Shown piece after piece: positions 1-12,084 of a DNA stretch of 64,000 bases. A model generated the notes under the pieces. That model did not search any database. It was not told the DNA's origin and saw nothing but the letters and a program-made list of their open reading frames with translations. The DNA comes from Malacoraja senta (lineage: Eukaryota), in assembly GCA_038087875.1 (NCBI GenBank), contig CM075988.1, forward strand, positions 21,826,001 through 21,890,000. Reading direction: 5' to 3'. Position 1 is the first letter of the stretch, and each line of letters begins with the position of its first letter. The position numbers and the translations under genes are program-made.

Positions 1-188
1 GTGGGACTAGTGTAGCTGGGACGTGTTGGGCCAAAGGGCCTGTTTCCACACTGTGTCACTCTATGACTCTAACATGTTGAAAATGCCTCGTCAAGACTGC
101 AAAATGGAGGAACTAAAGAAGGCAGCTGCTTAGGAAGGAGGAGATCTCACCGACGAGCAGTTTTCCCGAGTCAACAATCCGCCAGGTT

Positions 189-202
189 GTTGCCATGGTT
201 AC
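189..202. promoter_or_regulatory. Candidate RFX X-box
   Basis: GTTGCCATGGTTAC (reverse complement GTAACCATGGCAAC) fits the RFX palindrome and lies in non-repeat sequence. Motif match only. Confidence 0.3.
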
Positions 203-289
203 TTGTCTCAGAGACGCTGGCTGTGAACCAACATCCTCCTGAGGCTGAGAGCTCAGGGATGCCGAGGCCCCAGTAATGCCCCACGGTTC

Positions 290-1270
290 AGTGGATACAG
301 TGAAGGCAGAGGTAGATTGATCCTTGATTAGTACGGGCTGAAGAGGTCATGGGGAGAAGGCAGGAGAATGGGGTTAGGAGGGAGAGCTAGATCAGCCAGG
401 TTTGAATGGTGGAGTAGACTTGATGGGCTGAATGGCCTAATTCCACTCCTATCACTTATCAACTTATGAGGAGGGATTTCTTTAGTCAGAGGGTGGTGGA
501 ATTCTTTGCCGGAAGGCAGTGGAGGCAAAGGCTGTGGGTATATTTAAGGCAGAGATAGATAGATCCTTGATTAGTACAGGTGTCAGAGGTTATGGTGAGA
601 AGGCTGGAGCATGGGGTTAGGAGGGAGAGGTTGATCAGCCATGATTGAATGGCGCAGTAGACATGATGGGCCAAATGGCCTAATTCTGCTCCCATCATTT
701 ATGATCTTATGCTGTGAAAGCCCATCAACGCCTCTACTTCCTTAGAAGGTTGAGGAGATTCAGTCGAAGAATACTCTTTTGAACTTCAACAAATTTAGTT
801 TGTAGTTTAGTTTGGGGATACAGCATGGAAACAGGCCCTTCGGTCCGCCGAGTCCGTGCCGACCAGCAATCCCCGCACACTAACACTTTCCTACACACAC
901 TCGGGGCAAGACCGGGGCCTGGATAGAGTGGATGTGGAGAGGATGTTTCCACTAGTGGGAGAGTCTAGGACCGGAGGTCATAGCCTCAGAATTAAAGGAT
1001 ATTCCTTTAGGAAGGCGATGAGGAGATATTTCTTTAGAGGGTGGTGAATCTGTGGAATTCATTGCCACGGAAGGCTGTGGAGGCAATGTCAGTGGATATA
1101 TTTAAGGCAGAGATAGATAGCTTCTTGATTAGTACGGGTGTCAGAGGTTATGGGGAGAAGGGAGGAGAATGGGGTTAGGAGGGAGAGATAGATCAGCCAT
1201 GATTAAATGGCAGAGTAAACTTGATTGGCCGAATGGCCTAATTCTGCTCCTATCACTTATCAGCCTATGA
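290..1270 (+). mobile_element. Cluster of CR1/HER1 LINE 3' fragments; the last interrupts a minus-strand SINE (~790-1325)
   Basis: GLDRVDVERMFPLVGESRTGGHSLRIKG motif; repeated 3' UTR GATCAGCCATGATTGAATGGC..GGCCTAATTCTGCTCC. Confidence 0.85.
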
Positions 1271-1966
1271 ATTTACAATCTTACTAAGCTAATTAACTTA
1301 CAAACCGTACGTCTTTGGAGTGTGCGGTCGAGAGCATATTGACCAGTTGCATCATGGCCAGGTTCGGCAAAGCTCTTTGACTCTATGACTATGGCTTATG
1401 ATTTCTGAATGACCTATTGTGCCTTCTTCATTACAGACTCCAAAACATTATTAATAATAGGTTAATAGGTTAACTGGCCTGCTTTCTGACCCCCCTCCTT
1501 TCTTGGATAGAGGCAGTTTTGAAATCTCCCACGGACCTCATCCAAGATCCAGGGGAGTTTAATAGATCACAGTATTGCATGCACTTCCCATGCAGCCAGC
1601 TTTCTGAAGATCTTGGCTTGTAGGACATTAGGCCGAGACCTTAACGCCAGCAGTCTGAAGAAGGATCTCGAGCCGATAAAGTCACCCATTTCTTCTCTCC
1701 AGAGATGCTGCCTGTCCCGCTGAGTTACTCCAGCATTTTGTGTCTACCGACAATATTTTACGTTGTCATATCAATCTCTCGGTGTTTGCAAGGCGCAGAA
1801 GTCTCTTTGAATCATTACATTCTGCTTCAAGGTTCAAGGTTCACATTTATTTGCCACATGCACTAACTAAGCTGCAGTGAAATGAATTTGCCAGCAGCGA
1901 TGCAATTGGAAAAAAGAATACACAATAGAATTTAACAGAAATATCCACCACAGCATTCTTCACCGT

Positions 1967-2760
1967 AATCTCTCTCTGAACACTAAAAAGACAAAGGAGA
2001 TCATCACTGATTTCAGGCGACATAGAGTGGAGCTCAGGCCACTGGAGATAGGGGGCGAGGAGGTGGAGAGGGTGCCTAGTTTTAAATTTCTGGGGATCAA
2101 CATCAGTGAGGATCTTAAATGGTCTGTGAATTCTGCTGTAGTTGTAAAAAAGGCGCAACAGAGACTTTACTTCCTCAGAACACTGAGGAAGGCCCATCTG
2201 TCTGCTAAACTGCTGGACTCTTTCTACCGCTGTTCGGTAGAAAGCATACTGACTTACTGCATAACTGCCTGGTTTGGGAACTGTTCAGCAGCTGATAGAG
2301 CAGCTCTCCAGAGGGTGATAAAAACTGCCCAGGGTATCATTGGACTCCCCCTGCCCCCTCTGGAAGACATTTACCCCTCCAGATCCCGCAGCAGGACCTG
2401 TAATATCGTGAAAGACATTACACATCCTTGTCACCACCTTTTCACACTGCTGCCCTCAGGAAAAAGGTACAGGTCGCTAAAGTCACGCACTGCCAGACTC
2501 AAGAACAGCTTTTATCCATCAGCAATCTTGGAACTGAACTCTGTCTCGGGAGCGGGTTATGGGGAAGGAGGGGGGGTGGGAGACAGTGTTAATTTATGTA
2601 AATTGGAATCCATGGGTGGGTTTGGGGAGGGAGGGAGGGAGTGTAAAAAGTTTGAGTATGTGAATGTTTGAAGTTCTTTTAAATGGAGATACACAGTAAT
2701 CTCGTTGTATGTGACACATGCAATGACAATAAAGCATTCTGATTCTGATTCTGATTCTGA
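1967..2760 (+). mobile_element. 5'-truncated Rex1/Babar-type LINE (RT C-terminal part, 3' UTR and tail)
   Basis: Open frame from 1967: NLSLNTKKTKEIITDFR..FKFLGINISEDLKWS..KKAQQRLYFLR..FYRCSVESILTYCITAWFG..HPCHHLFTLLPSGKRYRS..RLKNSFYP. Ends CAATAAA + (ATTCTG)4. Confidence 0.9.
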
Positions 2761-2917
2761 AGGCAATAAAGTTCAGTTAAGGGCCTGTCCCACTTTCACC
2801 ACCTAATTCACGACCTTTTTTACTCGTGGACATTTTTCATCAGGCTAGAAAAAATGCCCCGACCTACTTGATGCCACGAGTACCTACGACTAGCATCACG
2901 ACCCGCTACCACCTACC

Positions 2918-3566
2918 TGTAGATGATATATGCATGTGCCTTTAACATAGTGACCTCATACCTACTAACCACTCCCCATATCACAAGTATAACTACAACC
3001 TCCCCACCCACAGATCGCTCTCTAGTTCCTGTGTCAGACCACGTACAGCTAGTGCAATATGTAATGCTCCAGTATGAATAAAGATAGTAAAGTAACGATG
3101 CCTCGTTATAGCTTCTTTACATGGTGTCAGAAGTGGGATGTCGCGGTCTCCTCCGTCTCCTCCCGTTTCCCCCTTTCAGGTTCGTCTGCCCCCATCGGTG
3201 CCTCTTCTTCCTGCCGGAAGGGAGGATGGCGAGATGCGAACCCGGTCGGGACGTCTTGACAAACCGCCTGTCCGCTACGGCGATTTTGTTTAACTGTCCT
3301 AGCGCATGAGCCGTGGTCGCCCTGTCACTATTGTATTTGCCTGTCGTTTCCAAGGGGAAGGATGTAGATGATATATGCATGTGCCTTTAACATAGTGACC
3401 TCATACCTACTGACCACTCCCCATATCACAAGTATAACTACAACCTCCCCACCCACAGATCGCTCTCTAGTTCCTGTGACACACCACGTACAGCTAGTGC
3501 AATATGTAATGCTCCAGTATGAATAAAGATAGTAAAGTAATGATGCCTCGTTATAGCTTCTTTACA
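2918..3566 (+). mobile_element. Complete miniature LTR retrotransposon (TRIM-like), 649 bp (copy B 27231-27879)
   Basis: 204-bp LTRs at 2918-3121 and 3363-3566 with TGTA...TACA ends, 4 differences and an AATAAA. PBS TGGTGTCAGAAGTGGGAT directly follows the 5' LTR; PPT AAGGGGAAGGA precedes the 3' LTR. 5-bp TSD CTACC. 241-bp non-coding interior. Confidence 0.93.
3122..3139 (+). other. Primer-binding site complementary to the 3' end of tRNA-Leu(CAA)
   Basis: 18 nt TGGTGTCAGAAGTGGGAT is the reverse complement of ATCCCACTTCTGACACCA and abuts the 5' LTR. Confidence 0.85.
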
Positions 3567-4244
3567 CTACCTACGACCTCCTACGACCTTGTGACGTCCA
3601 TGCTGCGAGTACGAGTCGAGGGCAAACTCGGCAGAGGTCGTGAAAGTGGGACAGGCCCTTAAGTCCTCCTTTTACACGATTAAATCATTTACACGATTAG
3701 ATTACAGGGCAGCAGGGAGAAGATGTTGTGGGCCAGTTTCACTGTGTTGTTCGCAGGGAATGCGTGAGGCTACTCTGCAGACCAACAGTAAGAGCTTTTT
3801 AATCGGGGTTGGACAAATGCAAACATTAAATGACGATAATAACCGAGGCTGCTCTCTCTCCTGACAATGTGGCAGCCACATGGGTGGCCGTGTTTGCATA
3901 ATTGAGGCAGGTTCGTGTGAAAACAACTCGGGAACAGCAATCTCTATGAAAAGAGAGGGCGACAATTATCTTAATAATTAGGCATAACATCTTTATGTGA
4001 TTATGATTTCTACACAGGTGGATAAAGACCAACCAAACTTATAATGCAGATTTAATGGGATCATCGAAACGTGGGAATGAATTGTAAAAAGCAAAGATTT
4101 CAAGGCTAAGATGGATAGGGAAGGTTTAGATGGGTAGGAAAGATTTAGCAGGATATGGGGCCAAACGCGAGCAAATGGGACTATCTTGGACCATCTTGGT
4201 CAGCATGGACGAGTTGGGCCGAAGGGCCTGTTTCTGTGCTGTAT

Positions 4245-4571
4245 GACAATAGACAATAGGTGCAGGAGTAGGCCATTCGGCCCTTCGAGCCAGCACCGCC
4301 ATTCAATGTGATCATGGCTGATCATCCCCAATCAGTACCCCGTTCCTGCCTTCTCCCCATATCCCCTGACTCTGCTATTTTTAAGAGCCCTATCTAGCTC
4401 TTTCTTGAAAGCATCCAGAGAACCTGCCTCCACTGCCCTATGAGGCAGAGAATTCCACAGACTCGCCACTCTCTGTGAGAAAAAGTGTTTCCTCGTCTCC
4501 GTTCTAAATGGCTTACTCCTTATTCTTAAACTGTGGCCCCTGGTTCTGGACTCCCCCAACATCGGGAACAT
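4245..4571 (-). mobile_element. CR1/HER1 LINE 3' fragment
   Basis: MFPMLGESRTRGHSLRIRSKPFRTETRKHFFSQRVASLWNSLP. A similar fragment lies at 9274-9553. Confidence 0.85.
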
Positions 4572-6999
4572 TGGACTTAGGCTGAGGAAGAACTGAGCAA
4601 GTGGTGCTGAAACAATGAGTGTGAGAGGGTCACCGATGCAAACTGTTTGGATTATTGGTGGTTTTCTTTATGTTAGTTTATTGTCCGTGTACGAGGTACA
4701 ATGAAAAGCTGGGCATGGCCATCAGGAAGGATGAGTAGATGGTGAGGAGGGTTACTGGAATGGCTCCAAAGAGTTTGAGACTCCACTGCTGTGTAGACCT
4801 GGAGAGAATGGGGGTGATTTCCATCAGAATGTGTAAGGATAAGTGAAATGACATTCCATTGGTTTCCTCTGCTCCAGAAACAGGCCCTTCGGCCCATCTA
4901 GTCCGCGCCAACCACCGATCACCCAGTACGCTAACACTATCCTCCACACTAGGGACAATTTACAATCTTTACTGAAGCCAATTAACCGACAAACCTGCAC
5001 GTCTTTGGGGTGTGGGAGGAAACTGGAACACCTGGAGAAACGGGGAGCACGTGCAAACTCCATACAGACAGCACCCGTAGTCAGGATTGAACCCGGGTCT
5101 CTGGCGCTGTAAGACAGCAACTCCACCACTGTGCTGCCTGGCACCAGATACCCCACTTACACCACGTCGGAGATATCTCAGGGCAGCCCAGTGAGGAAGC
5201 ACGTTTAATATATAATATTCATACTGTATATAATATCGGGGTGACACGATAGCTTTTCACACAGACGGCGGTGGGTATATGGAACAAACTGCCGGAGGCA
5301 GTAGTTGAGGTAGGTACTTTGAGTTTGAGGTTAGTTTATTGTCACATGTACCGAGGTACGGAGAAAAGCTTTTGTTGCGTGCTAACCAGTCAGCGGAAAG
5401 GCAATACATGACAAACCATCGACAGTGTACAAATATATTGGTACGTGGAATAGGAAAGGTTTGGAGGAATGTTGGCTGGAAGGTGGGCAGGTGGGACAAG
5501 TGTAGATGGGAGCATCTTTGTCGGTGCAATGAATATTTTACCCATAACCTATCCAGGTCTACCGAGATGCACAAGAAACCAGTTCTCTGCACTACAGGCC
5601 AAATTGAATACCAGTGCAAGGTGAATAGGTGCAGAAGAGGGAGAGGTGTCCCTCAGGGAGTCCAACATCAAACAGAAAGGGACAACAACACAACAAAGAG
5701 TTGGGGAATTCACCGCTGGTGCTGTCAGCAGAGCAATTTGCTGATCTTTGATCAGATAAATCTTTGAGGCCTTAATTATATTAAAAGGATTTCATGTTTG
5801 AAAGTTCCAATTTACAATTCCCAGTAGAGTATCAATAATTTTAAATTATTGGGCAGTAAAAATTAATGGCTATTAATTCGGACTTGGAAGAACATTATTC
5901 TCTAGTATGACCATGAAACAATGTCTTAATAAAACCATGTAATTATTTCAACAATTCAATTTGACATTGAATTTAATTAGTTGACATTTTTGGCTTTAGA
6001 AACCCAAACTACGGCTCGGTTTATGTATATGCAATTAAATGGGGAGCTAAACTCCTTTGAAAGAATCCACACTAATGGAGTACAGTTTCAAAAGTTCAAA
6101 AGCATAGGTAATTTCCCCTTCAAAGAATCCAAGATGTGACAAGACCTTGGTTGGTCTTGGTCTGCAAACATTGACTTCCTGCCACATACACATAGCCCTT
6201 GAATTCAACGTGAAGCTTCAGATTGGTTATTCTGGCAATGTTTTCACAAAAAAATCACCTCTGGAGCGGATTAAAAGTAAGAGTCACTCATTTTGGGACA
6301 GCAGTAGTTGCTGCCTTACAACACCAGAGACCCGGGTTCGATCCTGACTGCAGGTGCTGTCTGTACAGAGTTTGTAGGTTCTCCCCGTGACCACGTGGGT
6401 TTTCACCGGGTGCTCCAGTTTCTTCCCGCAATTTGTCCCTAGTGCCTAGGATAGTGCTAGTGTAAGGAGTGATCGCGAACTCAGTGAGCCAAAGGACCTG
6501 TCTCCACCCTGTATCTCTATTGTCTTAGTTAGGTAGATTAGCTTATTGTCACGTCTACCAAGGCACAGTGAAAAGCTTTTGTTACGTGCTAACCAGTCAG
6601 CGAAAAGACAATACACGATAACAATCGAGCCGTCTACATTGGACAGATAAAGTCCAATATTAAGACAAAGATGAGGTGACATTCCTTCGCGCAGAGTCTT
6701 TAGTATTTGTAACACTTTTTCTCAAAGGGCAGTGGAGCAGAGTCCTAGAATAAGTTTAAGGTAAAGGTAGAACGTTTCTAGACAGACAAGGGGGTGAGAG
6801 GCCAGTGCAGGTAGATGCGGAACTGAGGTTATAATCTGATCAACTTTGATCTGATTGAATGGTAGAACAATGTTACATCTAGTTTTAGAAGCTTACACAC
6901 TGAGTCTACACCCACTCCCCCACCCCTCCCGCCGTTATCCCCCCCCCAAATTAACCTTCTCTGCAATCAAATAAATAAGATTGTTCCTGGTGTGTGTAA

Positions 7000-7905
7000 G
7001 ATAGTGTTAGTGTGCGGGGATCACTGGTCAGTGTGGACTCGATGGGCCGAAGGGCCTGTTTCCACGCTGTATCTCTAAAACTAAAACTAAAACAAAGGAT
7101 AAAGAATGCAGGTATTGACAAAAGACCTGTCAGGTGCTGTGCTGAGGAACAACATTGCTGCACAGTGGATAGTTGGAGACTGGAATGCAATGCAAAGGTA
7201 ATCATGCAGGAAGATCCAGTTGTGGTTTGCAAAGGAATTAATTAAGTGCTTGAAATGAAAAGATTGCAGGGCAGTGGGGAGAGAGTGGGAGCATGTGCAT
7301 TGTTTATTATTGATGCATGCATTCTTCTTCATGCTGTAACTACCTTGTGATAGAACAACTCTTACACCTGCCAATTGTACTGCATTACCGAGATGTGGGC
7401 AGAACCTTGGATCGCTGGTCGGTGTGGACTCGGTGGGCTGAAGGGCCTGTCTTCGTGCTGTATCTCTAAAACTAAACTAAACTAAAACTCGTGCCAACAT
7501 GTGCACTTCCTGCCTTAAAGCCCTGTCCCACGGTACGAGTTCATTCCAAGAGCTCTCCCGAGTTTGCCCTGATTCGAACTCGGAGATTTACAGTAATGGC
7601 CACTCGTCGGTACTCGGGGCTCTCGCGGACATTTTTCAACATGTTGAAAAATCTTCACGCGTCTTCCCGTGCTTACCTGCCGTTAGCGAGTCTTCCCGAG
7701 TACCTGCCGTTAGCGCTAAGAGACGTCCCCGAGCTCCGACGTACCCGCTACGTTCATTCTCCGTGCTTACCACGAGTTTGATTTTTTTTAAACTCGGGAG
7801 AGCTCTTGGAATGAACTCGTACCGTGGGACAGGGCTTTTACATAAGGAGGCCAATACTATGCGTGGAATGTCAGGTCTGGTCTCACCAATGCTCTATATA
7901 ACTGT
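7000..7905 (+). repeat. Local duplicate of ~12235-12811, plus a later MITE insertion
   Basis: Near-identical block from the SINE 3' end through AAGGATAAAGAATGCAGG.. to ATGCTCTATATAACTG. The same ORF translations appear at 7087-7374 and 12322-12609. Confidence 0.9.
7518..7837. mobile_element. PIF/Harbinger-type MITE, 320 bp (copy B 31799-32119)
   Basis: Perfect 48-bp TIRs starting AAGCCCTGTCCCACGGTACG. TTA TSD confirmed by the empty paralogous site TGCC-TTA-CATAAGG at ~12741-12754. Confidence 0.92.
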
Positions 7906-8566
7906 GTGGAGCTGAGGATATAATCAGATCAACTATGGTAGAGCAATGTGATGTGCAGTTTTAGAAGCTTCCACACTGAGCCTACACCCCCACCCCCTAA
8001 AGTAACCTTCTCTGCAAACAACTAATAATGTTCTGTATAAACATCAGTGGTGTTACACTGAAACTCAAATATTAAAGTTGGTCAATGCCAACTCTTTGTA
8101 CTGGTCCTAAATCAAAAGTATTTAATTGTCATATATACCAAAAACAGAACAATACAATTCTTACTTACAGCAGCATAACAGGCCTGTAAACACAGTACTA
8201 AATAGATACTGTAACATGATAAACAAAAAAATCAAGAATTTAAAACAAATATATATATTATTTCTAAAAGCCGGAAGTCCTCAGTGCCGTTACAGTTTAG
8301 TTTATTGTCATGTGCATCGAGGTATAGTGAAAAGATTTTGTTGTGTGCTATCCAGTCAGCGGACGTCAGAAGTTCTTCAGCTTGAAGAAGGGTCTCTACC
8401 CGAAACGTCACCCATTCCTTCTCTCCAGAGATGATGCCTGTCCCGCCGAGTTGCTCCAGCATTTGTGTCCATCAGCGGAAAGACAATATGTGATGACAAT
8501 CGAGCCATTTACAGGGTATAGATACACGACAACGCAGCAACCAAGACAGTTTGTAGTTTATACTTA

Positions 8567-9082
8567 TGCCCCTGTCCCACTTAGGCATTTTTTTAGGCGA
8601 CTACAGGCCCGCATGGCCGTGAGGAGCCTCCTCAGTCGCCCAAAGAATCGTCGCGTTTTTCTGGTCGCCGCTGGATTTTGAAATGTTCAAAACTTTTCGG
8701 CGACAGTGGGTTTGACGCCAATGAGCGTTGCTTGACTTCTCCTGACGTAGGTGCTGTCGTAGGTTGTCGCCAGGATGACGTAGGTTGTCGCCCGTGCTGA
8801 CTTCGGTGAATTCCATTGGCGACTACCTGCGTCAACCAGCGACCGAATTGTCTTACCTTGTGTGGTCGCGGGTGGACGTAGGTTGTCGTAGGTGTGATCG
8901 TAGGTGGATGTCCTAATGAGTCGCCGGCTCTCGGTAGCTTGCCGTAGCTGAACGTCGACTAGGTGGTAGGTTGTCGTAGACATTGCCGTAGGGGGGTCCA
9001 GTCACCGTTTTTCGGCGACCTGCTACGACTATGACAGTCGCCGGCAGTCACCGACAAAAATCGCCTAAGCGGGACAGGCCCA
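8567..9082. mobile_element. PIF/Harbinger-type MITE, 516 bp (copy B 32845-33387, 27 bp longer)
   Basis: Termini TGCCCCTGTCCCACTTAGGC / GCCTAAGCGGGACAGGCCCA, TTA on both sides, interior full of GTCG/CGAC motifs. Confidence 0.85.
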
Positions 9083-10888
9083 TTAGGGTTTGTATACTAG
9101 CATTCAAAAGCCTGATGGTTGCCGTGCCTTGAAGCGAGTGATTGGTACACAAACATGTCGCATACATGTTTCAGTTTTCCCTCACCAAATGGTTTACTAT
9201 TTTGACTTTGCCTCTTTCAGAGAAAACAGAATAATAATTATACCAAAATAAGATCTGAAAACGTGAACACCAAGACAATAGACAATAGGTGCAGGAGTAG
9301 GCCATTTGGCCCTTCGAGCCAGCACCGCCATTCAATGTGATCATGGCTGATCATCCCCAATCAGTACCCCGTTCCTGCCTTCTTCCCATATCCCCTGACT
9401 CCGCTATCTTTAAGAGCCCTATCTAGCTCTCTTTTGAAAGCATCCAGAGAACCGGCCTCCACCGCCCTCTGAGGCAGAGAATTCCACACTCGCCACTCTC
9501 TGTAAGAAAAAGTGTTGCCTCGTCTGCGTTCTAAATGGCTTACTCCTTATTCTTTGAGTCTGCATCGAGCGCACTGCACCTCTGCCCAAGATCATATTAG
9601 GCTGTGAAGGGAGAGACTAAAATCTTTTCTTGCAGGAAGGTCTTTATCTTAGGAAGGAACTGCACATGCTGGTTTAAACCAAAGATAGACACAAAAAGCT
9701 GGAGTAACCCAGCGGGACGGGCAGCATCTCTGGAGAGAAGGAATGGTTGACGTTTCAGGTCGAGACACTTCTTCAGACTCGACCCGAAACGTCACCCATT
9801 CCTTCTCTCCAGAGATGCTGCCCGACCTGCTGAGTTACTCGAGCTTTTTGTGTCTATCTTCAGCTCTTTAGTTTAGCTACAGCATGGAAACTGGCCCTTC
9901 ATCCCACCGAATCCACGCCGACCAACGATCCCTGTACACTAGCACTACCCTACACACCTGGGACAATTTACAATCTTTACTGAAGCCAATTAACCTACAA
10001 ACCTGTACGTCTTTGGAAGAAACCGGAGAAAACCCACATGGTCACATACAAACTCCACACAGACAGCACCCATGGTCATGATTGAACCTGGGTCTCTGGC
10101 GCTGGTTGGCAGCAACTCTACCGCTGCACCACCGTGCCGCGCTATCTAAGTCAGAGCTTGGCATGAAAAGAAAGCTCTCACCCCTTGGGGAAGGTGACTT
10201 TGTTCCAGTGTAGAAGGCCAATGAGGGCAGGATTTATCCTCGTGTAGATCCATCTGTTGACACATAGATGGTGCCCAAGGACAGAAGACTGCAGATGTTA
10301 TGAGGGGTGCTGGGATAAGCTTAGTTACGACAGACCAGTCGGTTTAATCTCAGGAATGGGTGAAGTTAGTCACAGAGACATGCAGTGTACAACCCGCCCA
10401 TTCGGCCCACCAAGTACAAGCCATCTATCAAGCATCCATTCACTCTAATCCTATTTTTTTTCCCTCCCACAGTCCTTTCAACCTCTAGATTCTAACATCC
10501 AAAAGAAAGGTCTTGACCCGATACGTCACCCATTCCTTCTCTCCAGAGATGCTGCTTATCCCGCTGAGTTACTCCAGCTTTTTGTGTCTATCTTCAGTTT
10601 ATGAATGTTTTATTTAGGAACTTTCAACATTGACTCTTTGGAGAATGCATCGTCGATTCACAATGCATTTTCACGTGAAAAACCGCTTACCACGCTGCGT
10701 GCATATTTACCGAAAAAGATTTAAAAAACAATTTGCTCCACTGTTTCCATTTTAAAAATTTTGCTTGACAAAATGTTTTGTGGGAATGCATCTCTAGTTT
10801 AGTTTAGGGATACAGCGCAGAAACAGGCCCTTCGGCCCACCGGGTCTGTGCCGACCAGCGATCCCCGCACATTAACACTAACCTACAA

Positions 10889-11439
10889 GCAATAGACAAC
10901 AGGTGCATGAGTAGGCCATTCGGCCCTTTGAGCCAGCACTGCCATTCAATATGATCATGGCTGATCATCCCAAATCAGTACCCTGTTCCTGCCTTCTCCC
11001 CATATCCCCTGACTCCTCCCCTGACCCCGCTATTTTTAAGAGCCCTATCTAGCTCTCTCTTGAAAGCATCCAGAGAACCTGCCTCCACCGCCCTCTGAGG
11101 CAGAGAATTCCACAGACTCACCACTCTCTGTGAGAAAAAATGTTTCCTCATCTCCGTTCTAAATGGTTTACTCCTTATTCTTAAACTGTGGCCCCTGGTT
11201 CTGGACTCCCCCAACATCGGGAACATGTTTCCTGCCTCTAGCGTGTCCAAGCCCTTAACAATCTTATATGTTTCAATGAGATATCCTCTCATCCTTCTAA
11301 ATTCCAGAGTGTACAAGCCCAGTTGCTCCGTTCTCTCAGCATATGACAGTCCCGCCATCCCGGGAATTAACCTTGTAAACCTACGCTGCACTCCCTCAAT
11401 AGCAAGAATTTACGCTGCACTCCCTCAATAGCAAGAATT
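10889..11439 (-). mobile_element. CR1/HER1 LINE 3' fragment inserted in a minus-strand SINE (10797-11670)
   Basis: QRRFTRLIPGMAGLSY..LGLYTLEFRRMRGYLIETYKI..WNSLP. The SINE halves flank it. Confidence 0.88.
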
Positions 11440-11950
11440 CCCACACACTAGGGAAAATATTTTTACACCTACACCAAGCCAATTAACCTAGAAACCTGCA
11501 CGTCTTTGGAGTGTGGGAGGATACCGAAGATCTCGGAGAAAATCCACGCGGTCACGGGAATAACGCACAAACTCCGTACAGACAGCACCCGTAGTCGGGA
11601 TCGAACCCGGGTCTCTGGTGCTGCAAGCGCTGTAAGGCAGAAACTCTGCTAATGCGCCACCGTGCCACCATATTTCACAACTGAAGGAAGGGCCATCCTT
11701 AAAAGGACACTGAAGAAGGGTCCCGACCCGAAACGTCACCTGTCCATGTTCTCCAGAGATGCTACATGACCCGCTGAGTTACTCCAGCACTCTGCATCAT
11801 TTTGTCCATCCTTAAATTCTATCTTGATTAGACAAGGAGAATTTGTAGCTTTGGTGATAAGATCAAAAACCAAAGGACAAAGAGTGAAATATTGGCAAAA
11901 GACCTTGCCTTACAGTGCGAGAGACCCGGGTTCGATCCTAACTACAGGTG

Positions 11951-12084
11951 GATCCACTGTGGTGGATGTTAATTTGTGTTTATTGTGTGTTTTGTCATTT
12001 ATTATTATATGTATGACTGCAGGCAACGAAATTTCGTTCAGACCGAAAGGTCTGAATGACAAATAAAGGAATCTCTAATCTCTA
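11951..12084 (+). mobile_element. Short LINE 3'-end insertion (Rex1/L2-like) inside a SINE
   Basis: AGGTG direct repeat on both sides, stem-loop TTCAGACC-GAAA-GGTCTGAA, CAAATAAA, and an (AATCTCT)n tail (2 units here, 4 in copy B). Confidence 0.7.

Larger units (their letters stand above)
2780..3659. mobile_element. PIF/Harbinger-type MITE, interrupted by the TRIM
   Basis: TIRs AGGGCCTGTCCCACTTTCAC / GTGAAAGTGGGACAGGCCCT. Flanks are TTA and TAA (imperfect TWA duplication). Interior rich in CTACGAC/CACGAC. Confidence 0.8.

Noticed and set aside
2027..2671. 214-aa ORF as a host gene
   Set aside because: It is the C-terminal part of a Rex1/Babar LINE ORF, 5'-truncated, with a LINE tail and no true ATG start.
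8567..9082. CRISPR-like or coding repeat array (GTCGTAGG units, 98-aa ORF)
   Set aside because: Units are short and irregular, with no constant repeat/spacer period, and lie between MITE TIRs in vertebrate DNA.
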